Source: Pristiophorus japonicus
Lineage: Eukaryota
Length of the DNA stretch: 64,000 bases
Direction: 5' to 3'
NCBI RefSeq assembly: GCF_044704955.1
Contig: NW_027251843.1
Span: 372,001 to 436,000, forward strand
Shown: positions 49,001 to 63,800 of the stretch, piece by piece
Position numbering within the stretch: position 1 is the stretch's first letter
Layout of the letters: every line of letters starts with the position of its first letter
Notes under the pieces: generated by a model
Database searches by the model: none
Told to the model about the DNA's origin: nothing
Seen by the model: the letters and a program-made list of their open reading frames with translations, nothing else
Program-made: the position numbers and the translations under genes

Positions 49001-52000
49001 TGTTTTCACCCTTAGTCCACTTTACCGTTTTTTTTCTTTGGTCAATTGAAGACTGACCACAATTCTGGAGCATGACATAGGCTGGTGTGCCTTTTGTGGT
49101 GTTTTAACTTGCTCTGGCACCCATTCTGCATGATTAAGATTTTCCACAGTTTCTGATCTCACAATCCTTTCGGCCAACCGAGTTCTCTATGCCCACTTCT
49201 CCTGGCCGTTACGTGGCCTGAAAAGGCTCTTAATTCGGGCTCTGTCTGGGTGTGTGAGATATGTTGGCACAAACCAACCGTAGTTGATCAATCAGTTACT
49301 GTTTCTTTTCTCAATCAATCCTTGTTTTTTTTTCCGAATCACAATTTTCCTTAGTGATTCTTCCGGTTTCTCTAATGGCAATGTCGCACAAAGGTATTGC
49401 ACACGACAGTACAACAAGGACAGCTAGGACAAACAATATTCACGCGAGTATACAAATCATAACCTTACACTCTATCTAAACAAATAATCAATTCTCAGTC
49501 TGCGTTGTATGCCACTACAGACCGAGTCCTTAACTTATCCTAATAAAACTTATAAAACTTATGGTTCCATACCCTAACTCTTATCACAGAAGAACCTTTG
49601 ATCGATTGCGCTTCTTTTTTTTTCCTACTCTTATCACATAAGAACCTTTTCCTAATTAAAAACAATAAAACTCTTATCACATAAGAACCTTCGATTGATT
49701 AGCGCTTTTTTTTTCTAATAAGAACCTTCAGGAACCTTTTTCGATCGACGAGCGCTCCCTTACCGACTGAAACCTTCCCCGGGCTGTTTCGAGATTTTTC
49801 CAGAACCCGTTCTCTTCTGCTTGCAAGTTGAGAAAGAAGTGGTTATAAAAAAATATCTTTAGGTTTTAAATGTCGAGTCTTGTAGATTGCAGTACCTCCC
49901 CTGTGGACAACAGATTACATATGCGATTCAACAGTGAAGAAACCTCTTGCGAGCAAAAGGCTCACCTTGTTTTGGCCACTGAAGCCTTTCACTGGAGAGG
50001 CACTATGCCTGTATCCGTTTTATTCACAGGACAGAGAGTATGCATCTCGGTGGAACCTCCAAGAAGTAACTGTCGAAATCTCGACCTCCGAAAAGAATGA
50101 CTCCGACACTTACAGCTCCGGCAGAAGTTTCTTTAATTTACTTGCTAGCAAGGGGCAGGTCACACTCAGTCAAGAGCTAAGTGAACACCGAAATGGTACA
50201 GTTTCACAAGATATTTATACAGTAAAACCCAAGTTATGGCCTCTCCCTGTGTATTGGCTCTGTCTCGTAGTCAGTGAATACAGATAAAGAGTTAATTACT
50301 ACATCCTTGTCCTGACATGGTTTCCAGATATTTCCTTTTGTCAGGGTTATTCGTTGGCCAGCCGGCCATTACTCCATGAGAGTGAGGTAATGAGCTATTA
50401 CCTGTCTTGCATTGTGTCAGGATTGTTCAGTTTCCTAGTCAGTTTATCTGTTTGCATCAAATGGATGAGGTCTCTACAAGAGATAATGGCTGGTGGTTTG
50501 AGTCTAGAAGAAAAGGGTGGGGTGACATGGAACTCTTGTCGTGTAGACAATAGGAGAGCACCATGGGGGGGCGGTACTTGTCTCAGCATGACTTGTCTCC
50601 TAGCTGTCTGATGGCCATCAGCCATCTCAAACCAGGTTTAGCTGTTTATGCAAGCTGATTGCTTTCATGCAGAAAGTTCTGGAAGGACCAGGACTCCATT
50701 TTGTTATATATATATTGCAAAGGGCACACAAATACCGCATGGTATCAGCTTAGATAAAAATACATTTCCACATTGTTCACCCTCCTCCCTCAGAATGTAC
50801 TGCAGCCACTCAGTGACATCCTTGACCCTGGCACCAGGGAGGCAACATACCATCCTGGAGTCACGTCTGCGGCCGCAGAAATGCCTGTCTGTTCCCCAAC
50901 TATCGAATCCCCTACCACTATTGCTCTTCCACTCTCCTTCCTCCCCCCTGTGCAGATGAGCCACCCGTGGTGCCGTGGACTTGGCTCTGGCTGCACTTCC
51001 TAGAGGCACCATCGCCCCCACCAGTACTCAGAACACAATACTGGTTGGAGAGTGAGATGGACTCAGGGGACTCCTGCACTACCTGCCTGGACCTCCTCTT
51101 CTGTCTGGTGGTCACCCATTCCCTCTCTGCCTGCACACTCTTAAGCTGCGGGTGGCCACCTCTAGAAACGTGCGATCCACGAAGTTCTCAGCCTCGCAGA
51201 TACACCGCAGTGACTCCAGCCACCGCTCAATCTCCGACACGCGGAGCTCGAGTTGCTGTAGCTGGTGACACTTCCTGCACATGTGGTCGTCCAGGCCACG
51301 AGAAGCATCCAGGACAGAACTGCCTTGCCATGCCTCTATTTAATAGACTAAGGACTAACTTAGCAGAAATAAATTCAAACTAAAAAAAAGCAAATAATGG
51401 TCTGGCCTACTTCATTCAGGCCATAATTTCTGGATTGTTCACCCGACTGAGGGCGAACACCATCGATGGGCCATTAATGAGCCTTTGGTTTTCAGCTCAG
51501 TCAGCTGTGGCTTAATGGGCAGCACACTCACCTCTGAGACCAAAGGTTGTGGGTTCTAAGTCCCATCCCTGAGACTAAGCTCCGAAATCTAGACTGACAG
51601 TCCCAGTGCAGTACTGAGGGAGAGCCGCACTGTCGGAAGGGGCTGTTTTTCAGGAAAGAGGCTTGTCTGCCCTCTCAGGTGGACATTAACTATCCTGTGC
51701 CACTATTTTTAAGAAGAGCAGAGGAGTTCTCAGCGGTGTCCCGGCCAATATTGATCCCTCAACCAACATCACAAAAGAACAGATTATGCAGTCGGACACT
51801 CGCCCCCCCCCAAGCCCACCCCCAGGGGAAGTGCAGCGTGCCACATTGCGCTCCACTTCCTGTCAGGGGCCGTGATCCCAATTTCGCATCCGTGGCGGCA
51901 CTTGGGCGTGGGAAAAGTTACCGCCCCACTCGGGACGATACGCAATTTGGGCCCATTATCTGGTCATAGTCACATGTGGGGGCTTGCTGTCTGTCGTGTC

Positions 52001-55000
52001 TCCTCCATTGCCGCAGTGACTACACTTCAAAAGTACTTCATTGGCTGTAAAGCGCTTTGGGACGTCCTGAGGTGGTGAAAGGCGCTATATAAATGCAAGT
52101 CTTTCTTTCCAATTGAGCTCCACGTCTTTGAAACCCAAACCCGCGGACAGTGACAGACAGGTAAAGACCCTGTGGTCCATCCAGCCCGTCCCACACAATT
52201 GTGATACCTTGTGTATCACAGTATAGACTCTCCACCCCACCCAAAACTACCTGATCTCCTGGGAGAGGCGAAAAACCAGGGAAAAAACCCATTGGGGGAA
52301 ATAAATCTGGGAAACTCCTCTCCAACCACCCCCGCTCTCCCCCCAGGCGATGGAAACTAGTCCAGGAGGTCATTGTGGCCCTGAATTCCCTGCAGTAACT
52401 ACCTTCTGTAAGTGGTGATCTCCGCACCGGCCACAAACAGGTCCTGCTCTCGCTTATGTACAGCTCATGGATTTAAAATTACAAGCTTTCCCCACAGTGT
52501 CAAGTGCTGCAAATACTGTGTTACATTATCAGGGTTATATTCTCACTGTCTGTCATTGTCACAACACTCGCTATATAAATGCAAGTTGTTGTTGTGTTCA
52601 GGGCCGCTGTATCTGGCTCAGGCTTCTTATCCATCCCCCCTTCCCTTCCCTCTCCATTGGGGGCCGTGCCTTCAGCTGCCTGGGCCCTAACTCCCTGCTC
52701 CCTAAACCTCTCTGCCACTCCACCCCTCTCCTCTTTTAAGACCTCCCTTCAAACCCAATCTGTGACTGAGGGTTTTGATCACCCTCCCAGCTCCTCCCCC
52801 TTTGGCTCAGCACCACTTTGACCAGATTACGCCTCTGTCAGCTGCCTCGGGAGGTTGTTCTAATGTTCCAGTTGCTGTAGCAATGCGGGTTGTTGCTGCT
52901 GTACCTGGCGGCAGAGCGTCTCTGTGTAGATATACCCCGTGCACCGATCTCCGCGGTGAGGCCTCCCACAGTGGAATGGCCTGCCGATGCTCGCTGCAGT
53001 GCGGAGTGGCTGCTGACCCACCAATCGGTCTGAGACACCGCCTCACGAGCGGACAAGGAGATACACGCTGAGATCCATCATCAAATGACACGTGGGGAAC
53101 TGGAAATGATTCTGCAAACCTGACTGGAGGTTTGGTACAAACGGGTTTTACAAACCAATCAATTGAGTGACACAGAAATTGTCCAAAAATTTGGTCTTTT
53201 CAGAACCAACATCGCCCCCTTTTGGTATGAAGACAGCACTGCCAATTTCACTCACAATTTGAGCTGCAATTTTCAATGTCTCCTTACGTGGTTCGCTGTC
53301 AATCTTTATTTTGTAACACTCCTGTGAAGCACTCGGGGAGTTTTACTGTGTTAAAGGTGTTGTATAAAAGTTGCTGTTGTTGTTTGTTCTGAGTTAGCTG
53401 TTCCAACTGAAGTCGGGATATGACTCACAGCTCAGGCTGTGCGGCATCCAGTGATGCAATGTTGTATCGTGGGTTCAAGCCCCACTCCAGGGACCTGAGT
53501 GCAAAATAAAGCCATACACTACTGTGCAGTCCTGAGGGAGTGTTGCACTGTCAGAGGGGCAGAACTGAGGGAGTGCTGCACTGTTAGAGGGGCAGGACTG
53601 AGGGAGAGCTGCACTGTCAGAGGGGCAGAAATGAGGGACCGCTGCACTGTCAGAGGGGCAGTCCTGAGGGAGTGCTGCACTGTCAGAGGGGCAGTACTGA
53701 GGGAGAGCTGCTCAGTCGGAATGGCAGTACTGATGGAGTGCCACACTGTCTGAGGGGCAGTACTGGGGGAGTGCTGCTCTGTCAGAGGGTCAGTACTGAG
53801 CGAGTGCTGCACTGTCAGAAGGGCAGTACTGCGGGAGTGCTTCACTGTTGGAGGGTCAGTACTGAGGAAGTGCTGCACCGTCGGAGGGGCAGTACTGAGG
53901 AAGTGCTGCACTGTCAGAGGGGCAGTACTGAGGGAGTGCTGCACTTTCGGAGGGGCAGTACTGATGGAGTGCTGCACTGTCAGAGGGGCAGTACTGAGGG
54001 AGTGCTGCACTGTCGGAGGAGGTGTACTGAGGGGGTACCTGTAGGTGGTTTTCTCGGGCCTACTGAAAACGCACCTCCTACTACAAGTTCTGGACGATAG
54101 GGATTATATGGACAGATCAGACTCGGACACATGTTTTTCGGGCTCAACCGTATTGTGTTTAATAAGATTAACAACACCACTCATAAACAGTGCAAAACTG
54201 TACAACCCTGGCTTGTCCCCAATAAGCCCTGTCATGCTAAGTTACCACGGCTTAATAAAAGAACCTTCCCGTGAAATAAACTAACACAGGACCCCCCCCC
54301 AGCACTAAAGCCCTTGGGTTTGGTTGGGACTTACAATCACCCCCTCACACAGCTAAGTGGTCTTGTGGATGTGTAGGCGCAGGCAATATGCTCACCCTGA
54401 TTGCCCGTTGTCTTGCTTGCAGCTTCTTCCTGAACGTCTCGCTCCTGGGCTTTTTCCTGGGCTTTTTCCTGGACTTTTTCCTGGGCTTTTTCCGGAGCAT
54501 TCTTCCTCCTGAGCTGGAGCTTGTTGCAAAGCGGCTCCTCATATCCCCAAAACCCATCACCTCTCCTCCCGCCAATACTGACCAATGGATTCACTCCGGT
54601 GATCTGTCTGGACACTCCCACCGACCCGCCCCCCCCAAGGGCTGGAATGGCTCGAAATCTTTGTAAAAGATGATATTTTGTTTTCCCGCTCCCAGGCCTT
54701 GCATCTGGAGAGACAACGGGTGCTGATTACTGGATGTCTGTCGTTTCCTGAGTTGATGGCCCCCATTAGCAGGTAATGGGTTTCGATCACAAACCGATCT
54801 TGCTTAACCGGCTTATCTCCTGGAAGACAATGGACCGGCCATTTCCTGCCTTGCACCAGTTTGGGTTGGGACTGAGTCGTGACTGTGCTTTAATAATGTG
54901 AGGGCACAGTGTCTCTGAGTTACCTCTCGGGGTATTGTTCCCAGGAATCACTTTAGATGGTGATGACATCAATGGGCCTGGGTTCCCTGCCACCCAGCCT

Positions 55001-58000
55001 GTCAGTGTGAAATGTCCGGTTGTATATGAATGCACCTCAGTGCCACCACCACAAGCTCGCCAAACAGTACAGTTCTTTCTTGGGGATTTGGATTTAAGGA
55101 TTTAAAGTATTGTTGATAGAAATGGCCAGAAAGCTGGTGCTACAGTTCCTCACCTCGGGGACAATAATGGTATGTTCCTCACCTGTCCTTTTCCTCTCCT
55201 CCCCTCCCCTCCCCGCCACACCCGGGGACAATAATGGCATTTTCCTCACCTCTCCCTCCTCTCCCACACGCAGGGACAATAATGGTAGGTTCCGCACTTC
55301 TCCATCTCCTCTCCCCCGCCGGTGACAATAATAGTATGTTCCTCACCTCTCGCTCTCCCCCCCCCACTCCCGGGGACAATAATGGTATGTTCCTCACCTC
55401 TCGCTCTCCCCCCCGGGGACAATTATGGCATGTTCCTCACCTCTCCGTCTCCTCTCAGCCCCCGGGGACAGTAATGGTATGTTCTTCATCTCTCCCACTC
55501 CTCTCACCCCCTGGGGACAATAATGGTATGATCCTATCCTTTCCTCTCCCCGCCCACCCCACACCGGAGTCAATAATGGTATGTTTCTCACCTCACCCTC
55601 TCCCCTGACGGTTACAATAATTGTATGTTCCTCACCTTTCCCTCTCCTTTTCCACCCCAGAGACAATAATGGTATGTTTAATGGTATGTTCCTCATCTCT
55701 CCCTCTCCCCCCGCCCCCCCCTCCCAGGACAATAATGTTACGTTCCTCACCTCCTCCCCACCTCCAGGGACAATGATGGTATGTTCCTCACCTTCCCATC
55801 CCCCCCCCCCCAACCCGGGGACAATAATGGTATGTTCCTTGTTAAACTCATCATTAAGTGATGTAACTGAGTACTGTGGACAATGAGTAAGTGCGACCTT
55901 AGCTCCTTTAATTAAACTCCAGAGTGTCGGTACAGCGTGGGAGACCTGCTTACATACAGTGCTCCCAAGGGATGCTGGGGTCCCTTGGGACTCCAACAGG
56001 TAGGCCCTCTGGTGGTGGTATGATACAGGTTGCCAAGGGTTACATACATAACATCACTCCCTCCCAAAGTCAATAGTACACTTATTTACAGGGTGAGACG
56101 ATCTGGGGCTTTTCGCTCCCTTGTCGATCATCTCGGTACAAATGCAGGTTTGGGTGAGTTGATTGATTCTACGCTGGGCAGCTGGCCTTGCCGGACTGCT
56201 GGGGATGGTGAGTTCAGCTTTGTGGTCGACCGTGATGTCTGTTGCCACTTTCGTGTCTGTTGGAGGGTGAAAGTTGGTGATGTCCTCTTCGGGTTGCTCG
56301 TGGCTGTTTGTGAATTACAGTTTAGTTGAGTCCAAATGCTTTCTGCAAGTTAGTCCATTAGCCAGATTGACCTGAAACACCCTACTCCCTTCTTTGGCTA
56401 TGACGGTGCCAGAAAGCCATTTGGGACCATGTCCATAGTTGAGTACAAATACATGGTCATTTACCTCAATATCGCATGACAAGTTTGCGCGATCATGGTA
56501 CATGCTTTCTTGATGTCGACTGCCCTCGACGTGATCATGGAGATCAGGGTGGACAAGAGAGAGCCTTGTTTGAGTGCCCTTTTACAGCTCAGTTGGGGGA
56601 ACCCTAGTGAGCGAGTGGAGTCTGGTGCGGTAGCTGAGCAGGACTCGGGACAGGCGGGTCTGTAGGGAGCCTTCCGACACATGTTTCAAATTTTGCCTGA
56701 TGGGTTGGACTGCCCGTTCTGCCTGGTCATTGGATTCAGGCTTGAATGGGCCAGATGTGATGTGCTTGATCCCATTGCGAGCCATCGTCGCTGACAAGGA
56801 CATCAGGCAGGCCGTGTGGGGCGAACATGGCTCGTAGGCTTTCGATGGTGGCAGTGGACGTGCTTACAGATATTATTACACACTCAATCCATTTTGAATA
56901 AACATCCACAACAACCAAAAACATTTTGCCTAGAAATGGACCCGCAAAGTCAATCTGGATCCTAGACCACAGTTTGGAGGGCCATGACCACAAACTTAGC
57001 GGTGACTCTCTAGGTGCATTGTTCAGTTGAGAGCAAGTGTTGCATTGGCGCATGCAGGATTCCAAATCTGAGTCGATGCCAGGCCACCACACATAGGATC
57101 TGGCTATAGCTTTCATCATTACTATTCTTGGCTGGGTAATGTGTAGGTCACGTATGAACGTTTCTCTGCCTTTCTTAGGCAAAACCACATGATTGCCCCA
57201 CAAAAGACAGTCCGCCTGTATGGACATTTCGTATTTGCACCGCTGGAACGGCTTGATCTCTTCATGCATCTCCGCTGGGACACTGGGCCAGCTCCCATGG
57301 AGGACACAGTTTTTTACAAGGGACAGTAAAGAATCCTGGCTGGTCCAGGTCCTGATCTGGCGGGCCGTAATGGGTGACATTTCGTTTTCAAATGCATCCA
57401 TCGCCAAGAGCAAGTCTGCAGGCTGTGCCATTTCCACCCTGGTAGCCGACTGAGAGCATCAGCGCAGTTCTCTGTGCCTGGTCTATGCGGATTACATAGT
57501 TATATGCAGACAGCGTGAGCGCCCATCTTTGGATGCGGGCAGAGGCATTGGTATTAATCTCTTTGCTCTCTGAGAATAGCAATATGAGTGGCTTATGGTC
57601 AGTTTCTAACTCAAACTTGAGACCAAACAAATACTGGTGTATTACTGCTAGTGTCTGTCACTGTAGGATATACTGAGTGTGGCTCATTAACGGTGTGGAA
57701 CACTGTACCCCAGTGACCGTGTATTACTGGGAGTGTCTGTGTCTGTAGGATATACTGAGTGAGGCTCATTAACCAGTGTGGAACAACGTACCCCAGTGAC
57801 TGTGTATTACTGGGAGTGTCTGTGTCTGTAGGATATACTGAGTGTGGTTCATTAACCAGTGTGGAACAACGTACCCCAGTGACCGTGTATTACTGGGAGT
57901 GTCTGTGTCTGTAGGATATACTGAGTGAGGCTCATTAACCAGTGTGGAACACCATACCCCAGTGACCGTGTATTACTGGGAGTGTCTATGACTGTAGGAT

Positions 58001-60392
58001 ATACTGAGTGAGGCTCATTAACCGGTGTGGAACACCATACCCCAGTGACCGTGTATTACTGGGAGTGTCTGTGTCTGTAGGATATACTGAGTAAGGCTCA
58101 CTAACGGTGTGGAACACTGTACCCCAGTGACTGTGTATTACTGGGAGTGTCTGTGTCTGTAGGATATACTGAGTAAGGCTCATTAACCAGTGTGGAACAC
58201 CATACCCCAGTGACTGTGTATTACTGGGAGTGTCTGTCACCATACAATTGTGCTGAGTGTGAGTCATTAAGCGGTGTGGAACAAATCGATTCTACTTTGA
58301 AATATTTGTTTTCGATGATCGACTTCTGAACTCCGTGGAGTTGCGTTCGTGTTTTGTGAAATGTAATCGTTGGCAAAGGGGGATATTGCAGCTGCTGGTT
58401 GAAGGTGTTTGGTTAGAAGTGTATCAAGTGAAATGCATTGATATTGCTGTTTCCTACTGAACTGCACCAATAGAAACAAACGTTAACTATTTACTGACCG
58501 GTGAACAGCAGGACAGCACTGTTACATTATTCAGAAGCTCTGTATAATGAGTATAGTGACTGTAAACACTTTAATTGTTTTGGTGTTGATTAATCTCCTT
58601 CCCCCAACATGGTCCTGAGAATCTGTGGGTCCTGAGAGCTGAATTTAATGATCTTACTATTGCACAGGATGGATATTGGGCTGTGGTTATTGATTATTAA
58701 ACTTCTGTAACTGATAAGAATATGATGGATCAGATCTTATCTATGATTCAGATTCTCTACGCAGGTAACCTGCAGCGATCTCTGCCGCAAGCTCAGCGAG
58801 GTCTGTTTCTGGGAGCAGAGACACGTATAACTGGAGAACATACATATCGGGTTTTCATAATAAACAGATCAGTCCGAGGGCAGGAAACAATTATATCAGT
58901 AATTGGTTAATAATGAAATATATAGTGCAATGCTTCAATAACTAAACTACTTCAATATCTGCAATGCTATGTCGAACTGATGACTGTGATTAATTAATGT
59001 TATGCATGTAATTAGACCTTACCCAAATGTAAGACTTGCCACCAGGGGGCACACCTGTGGGAGACCGAAGGGTCACCTGTGCACCCTGGGGCAAGCAGGT
59101 ATAAAAGGTGACTCACTCTGGAGTCTGAAATAAAGAGACCAAGGACACAACAGTTTGAGCTTGCGATATAGTCCTGTGGATTTATTCTGAACATAACAAA
59201 GTGGCGACGAGTAATGGATCACAAACTTTCACGCAGCAATGACTGCCATTGGTATTCTTGAGGGTGATGATTGGGAAGCCTTCATTGAGTGCCTCGACCA
59301 GTACTTTGTGGCCAACGAATTGGACAAGGCTGAGATGGCGGCCAAGCATAGGTCGATTCTCCTCACCATATGTGGGTCATCGTTATATGGCCTCCTAAAA
59401 AACTTGCTGGCAATAGTCAAAATAATGGACAAATCTTATGCAGAGCTATGTACGCTGGCTAGGGAACACCTCAAGCCAACAGAGAGCATCCTGATGGCCA
59501 GGTACCAATTTATACTCACCAGCCCTCCGAGGGCCAGAACATGGCGCGTTTTGTCACTGACCTAAGGCGCCTTGCGGGGCAGTGCAACTTTGCAGGATCC
59601 TTGGGGGAAATGTTGAGGGTCTTTTTTGTGCTTGGAATTGGCCACGAGGGCATTCTTCGCAAACTGCTGTCTGCCGAATCCCTAGATCTGAGCAATAGCC
59701 AAGCATCATGATAGCCCAAGCCTTCATATCCATGAGCGATAACATGAAACAGATATCTTCACAGAATCGAAGCTCACTGGCGAGCACCGTGCACAAAATA
59801 ACGTTTGCAGCAGGCAGAATGGTGTAGGGAAGGGCCCACCCGATTGCAGAGGCCAGACCTAGGCCTAGAGTGACTCAGAGTCCGCCGTAGGGCATGAATG
59901 CATATCCATTAGCACCATGTTGGTGCTGCGGGGGCAGCCATTGAGCTGATCAATGTCGATTGAAGCCCTATTTGTGCAAGGCCTGTGGAACAATGGGGCA
60001 CCACCGGGTGGCAGAGTCAGGAGAGGATGACCGATCCTGTGGGGATCACGATGAACGAGCAGGAGAGGCAACTGAACCTGAGGGTAAAGAGGAAGTAGAG
60101 GGATACACACCTTCACCGCCAAAAGCCCTCCGATAATGTTAAAAGTTGAACTTAACAGCCCTTCAGTCTCCATGGAACTAGACACGGGGGCAAGTCAATC
60201 AGTTATGAGCCAGAAGGCATTTGAGAGGCTGTGGGGCAACGAAACACAGAGACCCAAGCTGATCCCGATTCAGGAAAATCTGCGCACCTACACCAAGAAA
60301 CTCATATCAGTTATTGGTAGTGCGGACATAAGAGTATCCCATGAGGGAGCAGTGCACGAGTTACCACTGTGGATTGTTTCAGGTGATGGGCC
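43065..60392. repeat. Tandem segmental duplication, unit 2 (17,328 bp)
   Basis: Copy of 24893-43064. The length difference is mostly ~10 fewer 83-bp units. Confidence 0.95.
43683..50772 (-). mobile_element. Epsilon-like ERV, copy 2 (LTRs 43683-44390 and 50071-50772, PBS 50044-50061)
   Basis: Same TSD (TTGT), flanks and internal deletion as copy 1, so it was duplicated rather than re-inserted. Confidence 0.95.
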
Positions 60393-60860
60393 AACGTCGC
60401 TTGGCAGGAGGTGGATGGGGAAGATTCGATGGAACTGGGAAGACCTCTGCATACCCTCTCCGGCGAACGAGGTCTCCCTTTCCCAAAGACCAAGCAAACC
60501 CCCTCTTCCAGCTGAACCAGGCATTGAAGTGCAGATCCAGCTGAACCAGGCACAGGCCACTCATCACAACCAAGAGGAGGTAAAGTTCAACCGAGCAGTG
60601 GTACAGGCGCGGTACCCACCACTCCAAGCCGACGATCCCTTCGCGACGATGCAAGAGGCTCCAGGTCGACCATTCGGAGTGGGACTCCGGCCAAAACAAT
60701 CCGAATGCGTCTTCCCGACACCAGAGGCAAAATACCTGGGGAAGAAGATTGCGGCAGTCGGCATCACGGACACGGACGAGAGGGCGTCCAGACCACGGGA
60801 CAAGAAGGCATCCAGACCACGGGACGAGAGTGCGCCCAGACCATGGGATGAGAGAACGCC
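58998..60860 (+). mobile_element. Ty3/Gypsy element (LTR 58998-59198, gag, protease, RT mostly deleted) running into a minisatellite
   Basis: ELDTGAS, GPTSLGRRW, RT C-terminal remnant GLRPKQSECVF..PEAKYLGKKIAAVGI. No YxDD seen. Confidence 0.85.
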
Positions 60861-63800
60861 AGATCATGGGCCGAGAGAGCATCCAGAGCATGGGACAAGA
60901 GAGCGTCCAGAGCATGGGACGAGAGAGCGTCCAGACCAGGGGACGAGAGAGCGTCCAGACCACGGGACGAGAGAGCGTCCAGAGCATGGGGCGAGAGCGC
61001 GTCCAGACCAGGGGACGAGAGAGCGTCCAGACCATGGGACGAGAGAGCGTCCAGAGCACGGGACGAGAGAGTGTCCAGACCACGGGACGAGAGAGCTTCC
61101 AGACCACGGGACGAGAGAGGGTCCAGTGCACGGGACGAGAGAGCATCCAGTGCATGGGACGAGAGAGCGTCCAGACCACGGGACGAGAGAGCGTCCAGAC
61201 CACGGGATGAGAGAGCGTCCAGACCACGGGACGAGAGAGCGTCCAGAGCATGGGACGAGAGAGCATCCAGACCAGTGGACGAGAGAGCGTACAGACCACG
61301 GAACGAGAGAGCGTCCAGACCAGGGGACGAGAGAGCGTCCAGACCAGGGGACGAGAAAGCGTCCAGACCATGGGACGAGAGAGCGTCCAGACCAGGGGAC
61401 GAGAGAGCGTCCAGAGCATGGGACGAGAGAGCGTCCAGAGCATGAGATGAGAGAGTGTCCAGATCATGGGACGAGAGAGCGTCCAGACCAGGGGACGAGA
61501 GAGCGTCCAGACCATGGGACGAGAGAGTGTCCAGACTATGGGACGAGAGAGCGTCCAGATCATGGGACGAGAGAGCGTCCAGACAATGGGACGAGAGAGC
61601 GTCCAGACCATGGGACGAGAGAGCGTCCAGATCATGGGACGAGAGAGCGTCCAGACAATGGGACGAGAGAGTGTCCAGACCAGGGGACGAGAGAGCATCC
61701 AGACCATGGGACGAGAGAGTGTCCAGACAATGGGACGAGAGAGCATCCAGACCATGGGACGAGAGAGCGTCCAGATCATGGGACGAGAGAGCGTCCAGAT
61801 CATGGGATGAGAGAGCGTCCAGACCACGGGATGAGAGAGCGTCCAGACCAGGGGACGAGAGAGCGTCCAGAACATGGGACGAGAGAGTGTCCAGACCAGG
61901 GGACGAGAGAGCGTCCAGAACATGGGACGAGAGAGCATCCAGAGCATGGGACGAGAGAGCGTCCAGATCATGGGACGAGAGAGTGTCCAGACCACGGGAC
62001 GAGAGAGCATCCAGACCAGGGGATGAGAGAGCGTCCAGAACATGGGACGAGAGAGCGTCCAGACCAGGGGACGAGAGAGCATCCAGAGCATGGGACGAGA
62101 GAGTGTCCAGACCACGGGATGAGAGAGCGTCCAGAGCACGGGAGGAGAGATCGTCCAGACCATGGGAGGAGAGAACATCCAGACCACGGGACGAGAGAGT
62201 GTCCAGATCATGGGACGAGAGAGCATCCAGAGCATGGGACGAGAGAGCATCCAGACCAGGGGAGGAGAGAGCATCCAAACCACAGGATGAGAGAGCGTCC
62301 AGACCAGGGGACGAGAGAGCATCCAGACCAGGGGACGAGAGAGCGTCCAGAACATGGGATGAGAGAGTGTCCAGAACATGAGACGAGAGAGCAGCCAGAA
62401 CATGGGACGAGAGAGCGTCCAGAGCACGGGACGAGAGAGCACCCAGACCAGGGGATGAGAGAGAGTCCAGACCAGGGGACGAGAGAGCATCCAGACCAGG
62501 GGACAAGAGAGCGTCCAGACCAGGGGACGAGAGAGCGTCCAGATAAGGGGACGAGAGAGCGTCCAGATCATGGGACGAGAGAGCATCCAGACCATGGGAT
62601 GAGAGAGTGTCTAGACAATGGGACGAGAGAGCATCCAGACCATGGGACGAGAGAGCGTCCAGATCATGGGACGATAGAGCGTCCAGATCATGGGATGAGA
62701 GAGTGTCCAGACCACGGGATGAGAGAGCGTCCAGAGCACGGGAGGAGAGATCGTCCAGACCATGGGAGGAGAGAACATCCAGACCACGGGACGAGAGAGT
62801 GTCCAGATCATGGGACGAGAGAGCATCCAGAGCATGGGACGAGAGAGCATCCAGACCAGGGGAGGAGAGAGCATCCAAACCACAGGATGAGAGAGCGTCC
62901 AGACCAGGGGACGAGAGAGCATCCAGACCAGGGGACGAGAGAGCGTCCAGAACATGGGATGAGAGAGTGTCCAGAACATGAGACGAGAGAGCAGCCAGAA
63001 CATGGGATGAGAGAGCGTCCAGAGCACGGGACGAGAGAGCACCCAGACCAGGGGATGAGAGAGAGTCCAGACCAGGGGACGAGAGAGCATCCAGACCAGG
63101 GGACAAGAGAGCGTCCAGACCAGGGGACGAGAGAGAGTCCAGATAAGGGGACGAGAGAGCGTCCAGATCATGGGACGAGAGAGCATCCAGACCAGGGGAT
63201 GAGAGCGCGTCCAGATCATGGGACGAGAGAGCGTCCAGACCAGGGGACGAGAGAGCGTCCAGAGCATGGGATGAGAGAGCATCCAGAGCATGGGACGAGA
63301 GAGTGTCCAGACCACGGGAGGAGAGAGCGTCCAGAGCATGGGAGGAGAGATCGTCCAGACCAGGGGAGGAGAGAGCATCCAGACCACGGGACGAGAGAGT
63401 GTCCAGATCATGGGACGAGAGAGCATCCAGATCATGGGACGAGAGAGCATCCAGAACATGGGATGAGAGAGCGTCCAGACCACGGGACGACAGCGGGTCC
63501 AGACCACGGGACGAGAGAGCATCCAGAGCATGGGATGAGAGAGCGTGCAGACCACGGGACGACAGCGGGTCCAGACCACAGGGCGAGAGAGCGACCAGAC
63601 CATGAGACGAGAGAGTGTCCAGACCAGGGGACGAGAGAGCGTCCAGAGCACGGGACGAGAGATCGTCCAGAGCATGGGAAGAGAGAGCTTCCAGACCATG
63701 GGACAAGAGAATGTCCAGACCAGGGAGGAGTGAGTGTCCAGACCACGGGACGAGAGAGCGTCCAGAGCATGGGATGAGAGAGCGTCCAGACCACGAGACG

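Noticed and set aside
43683-50772. Second ERV as an independent integration
   Set aside because: Same TSD, flanks and lesions as copy 1; it lies inside the segmental duplication.
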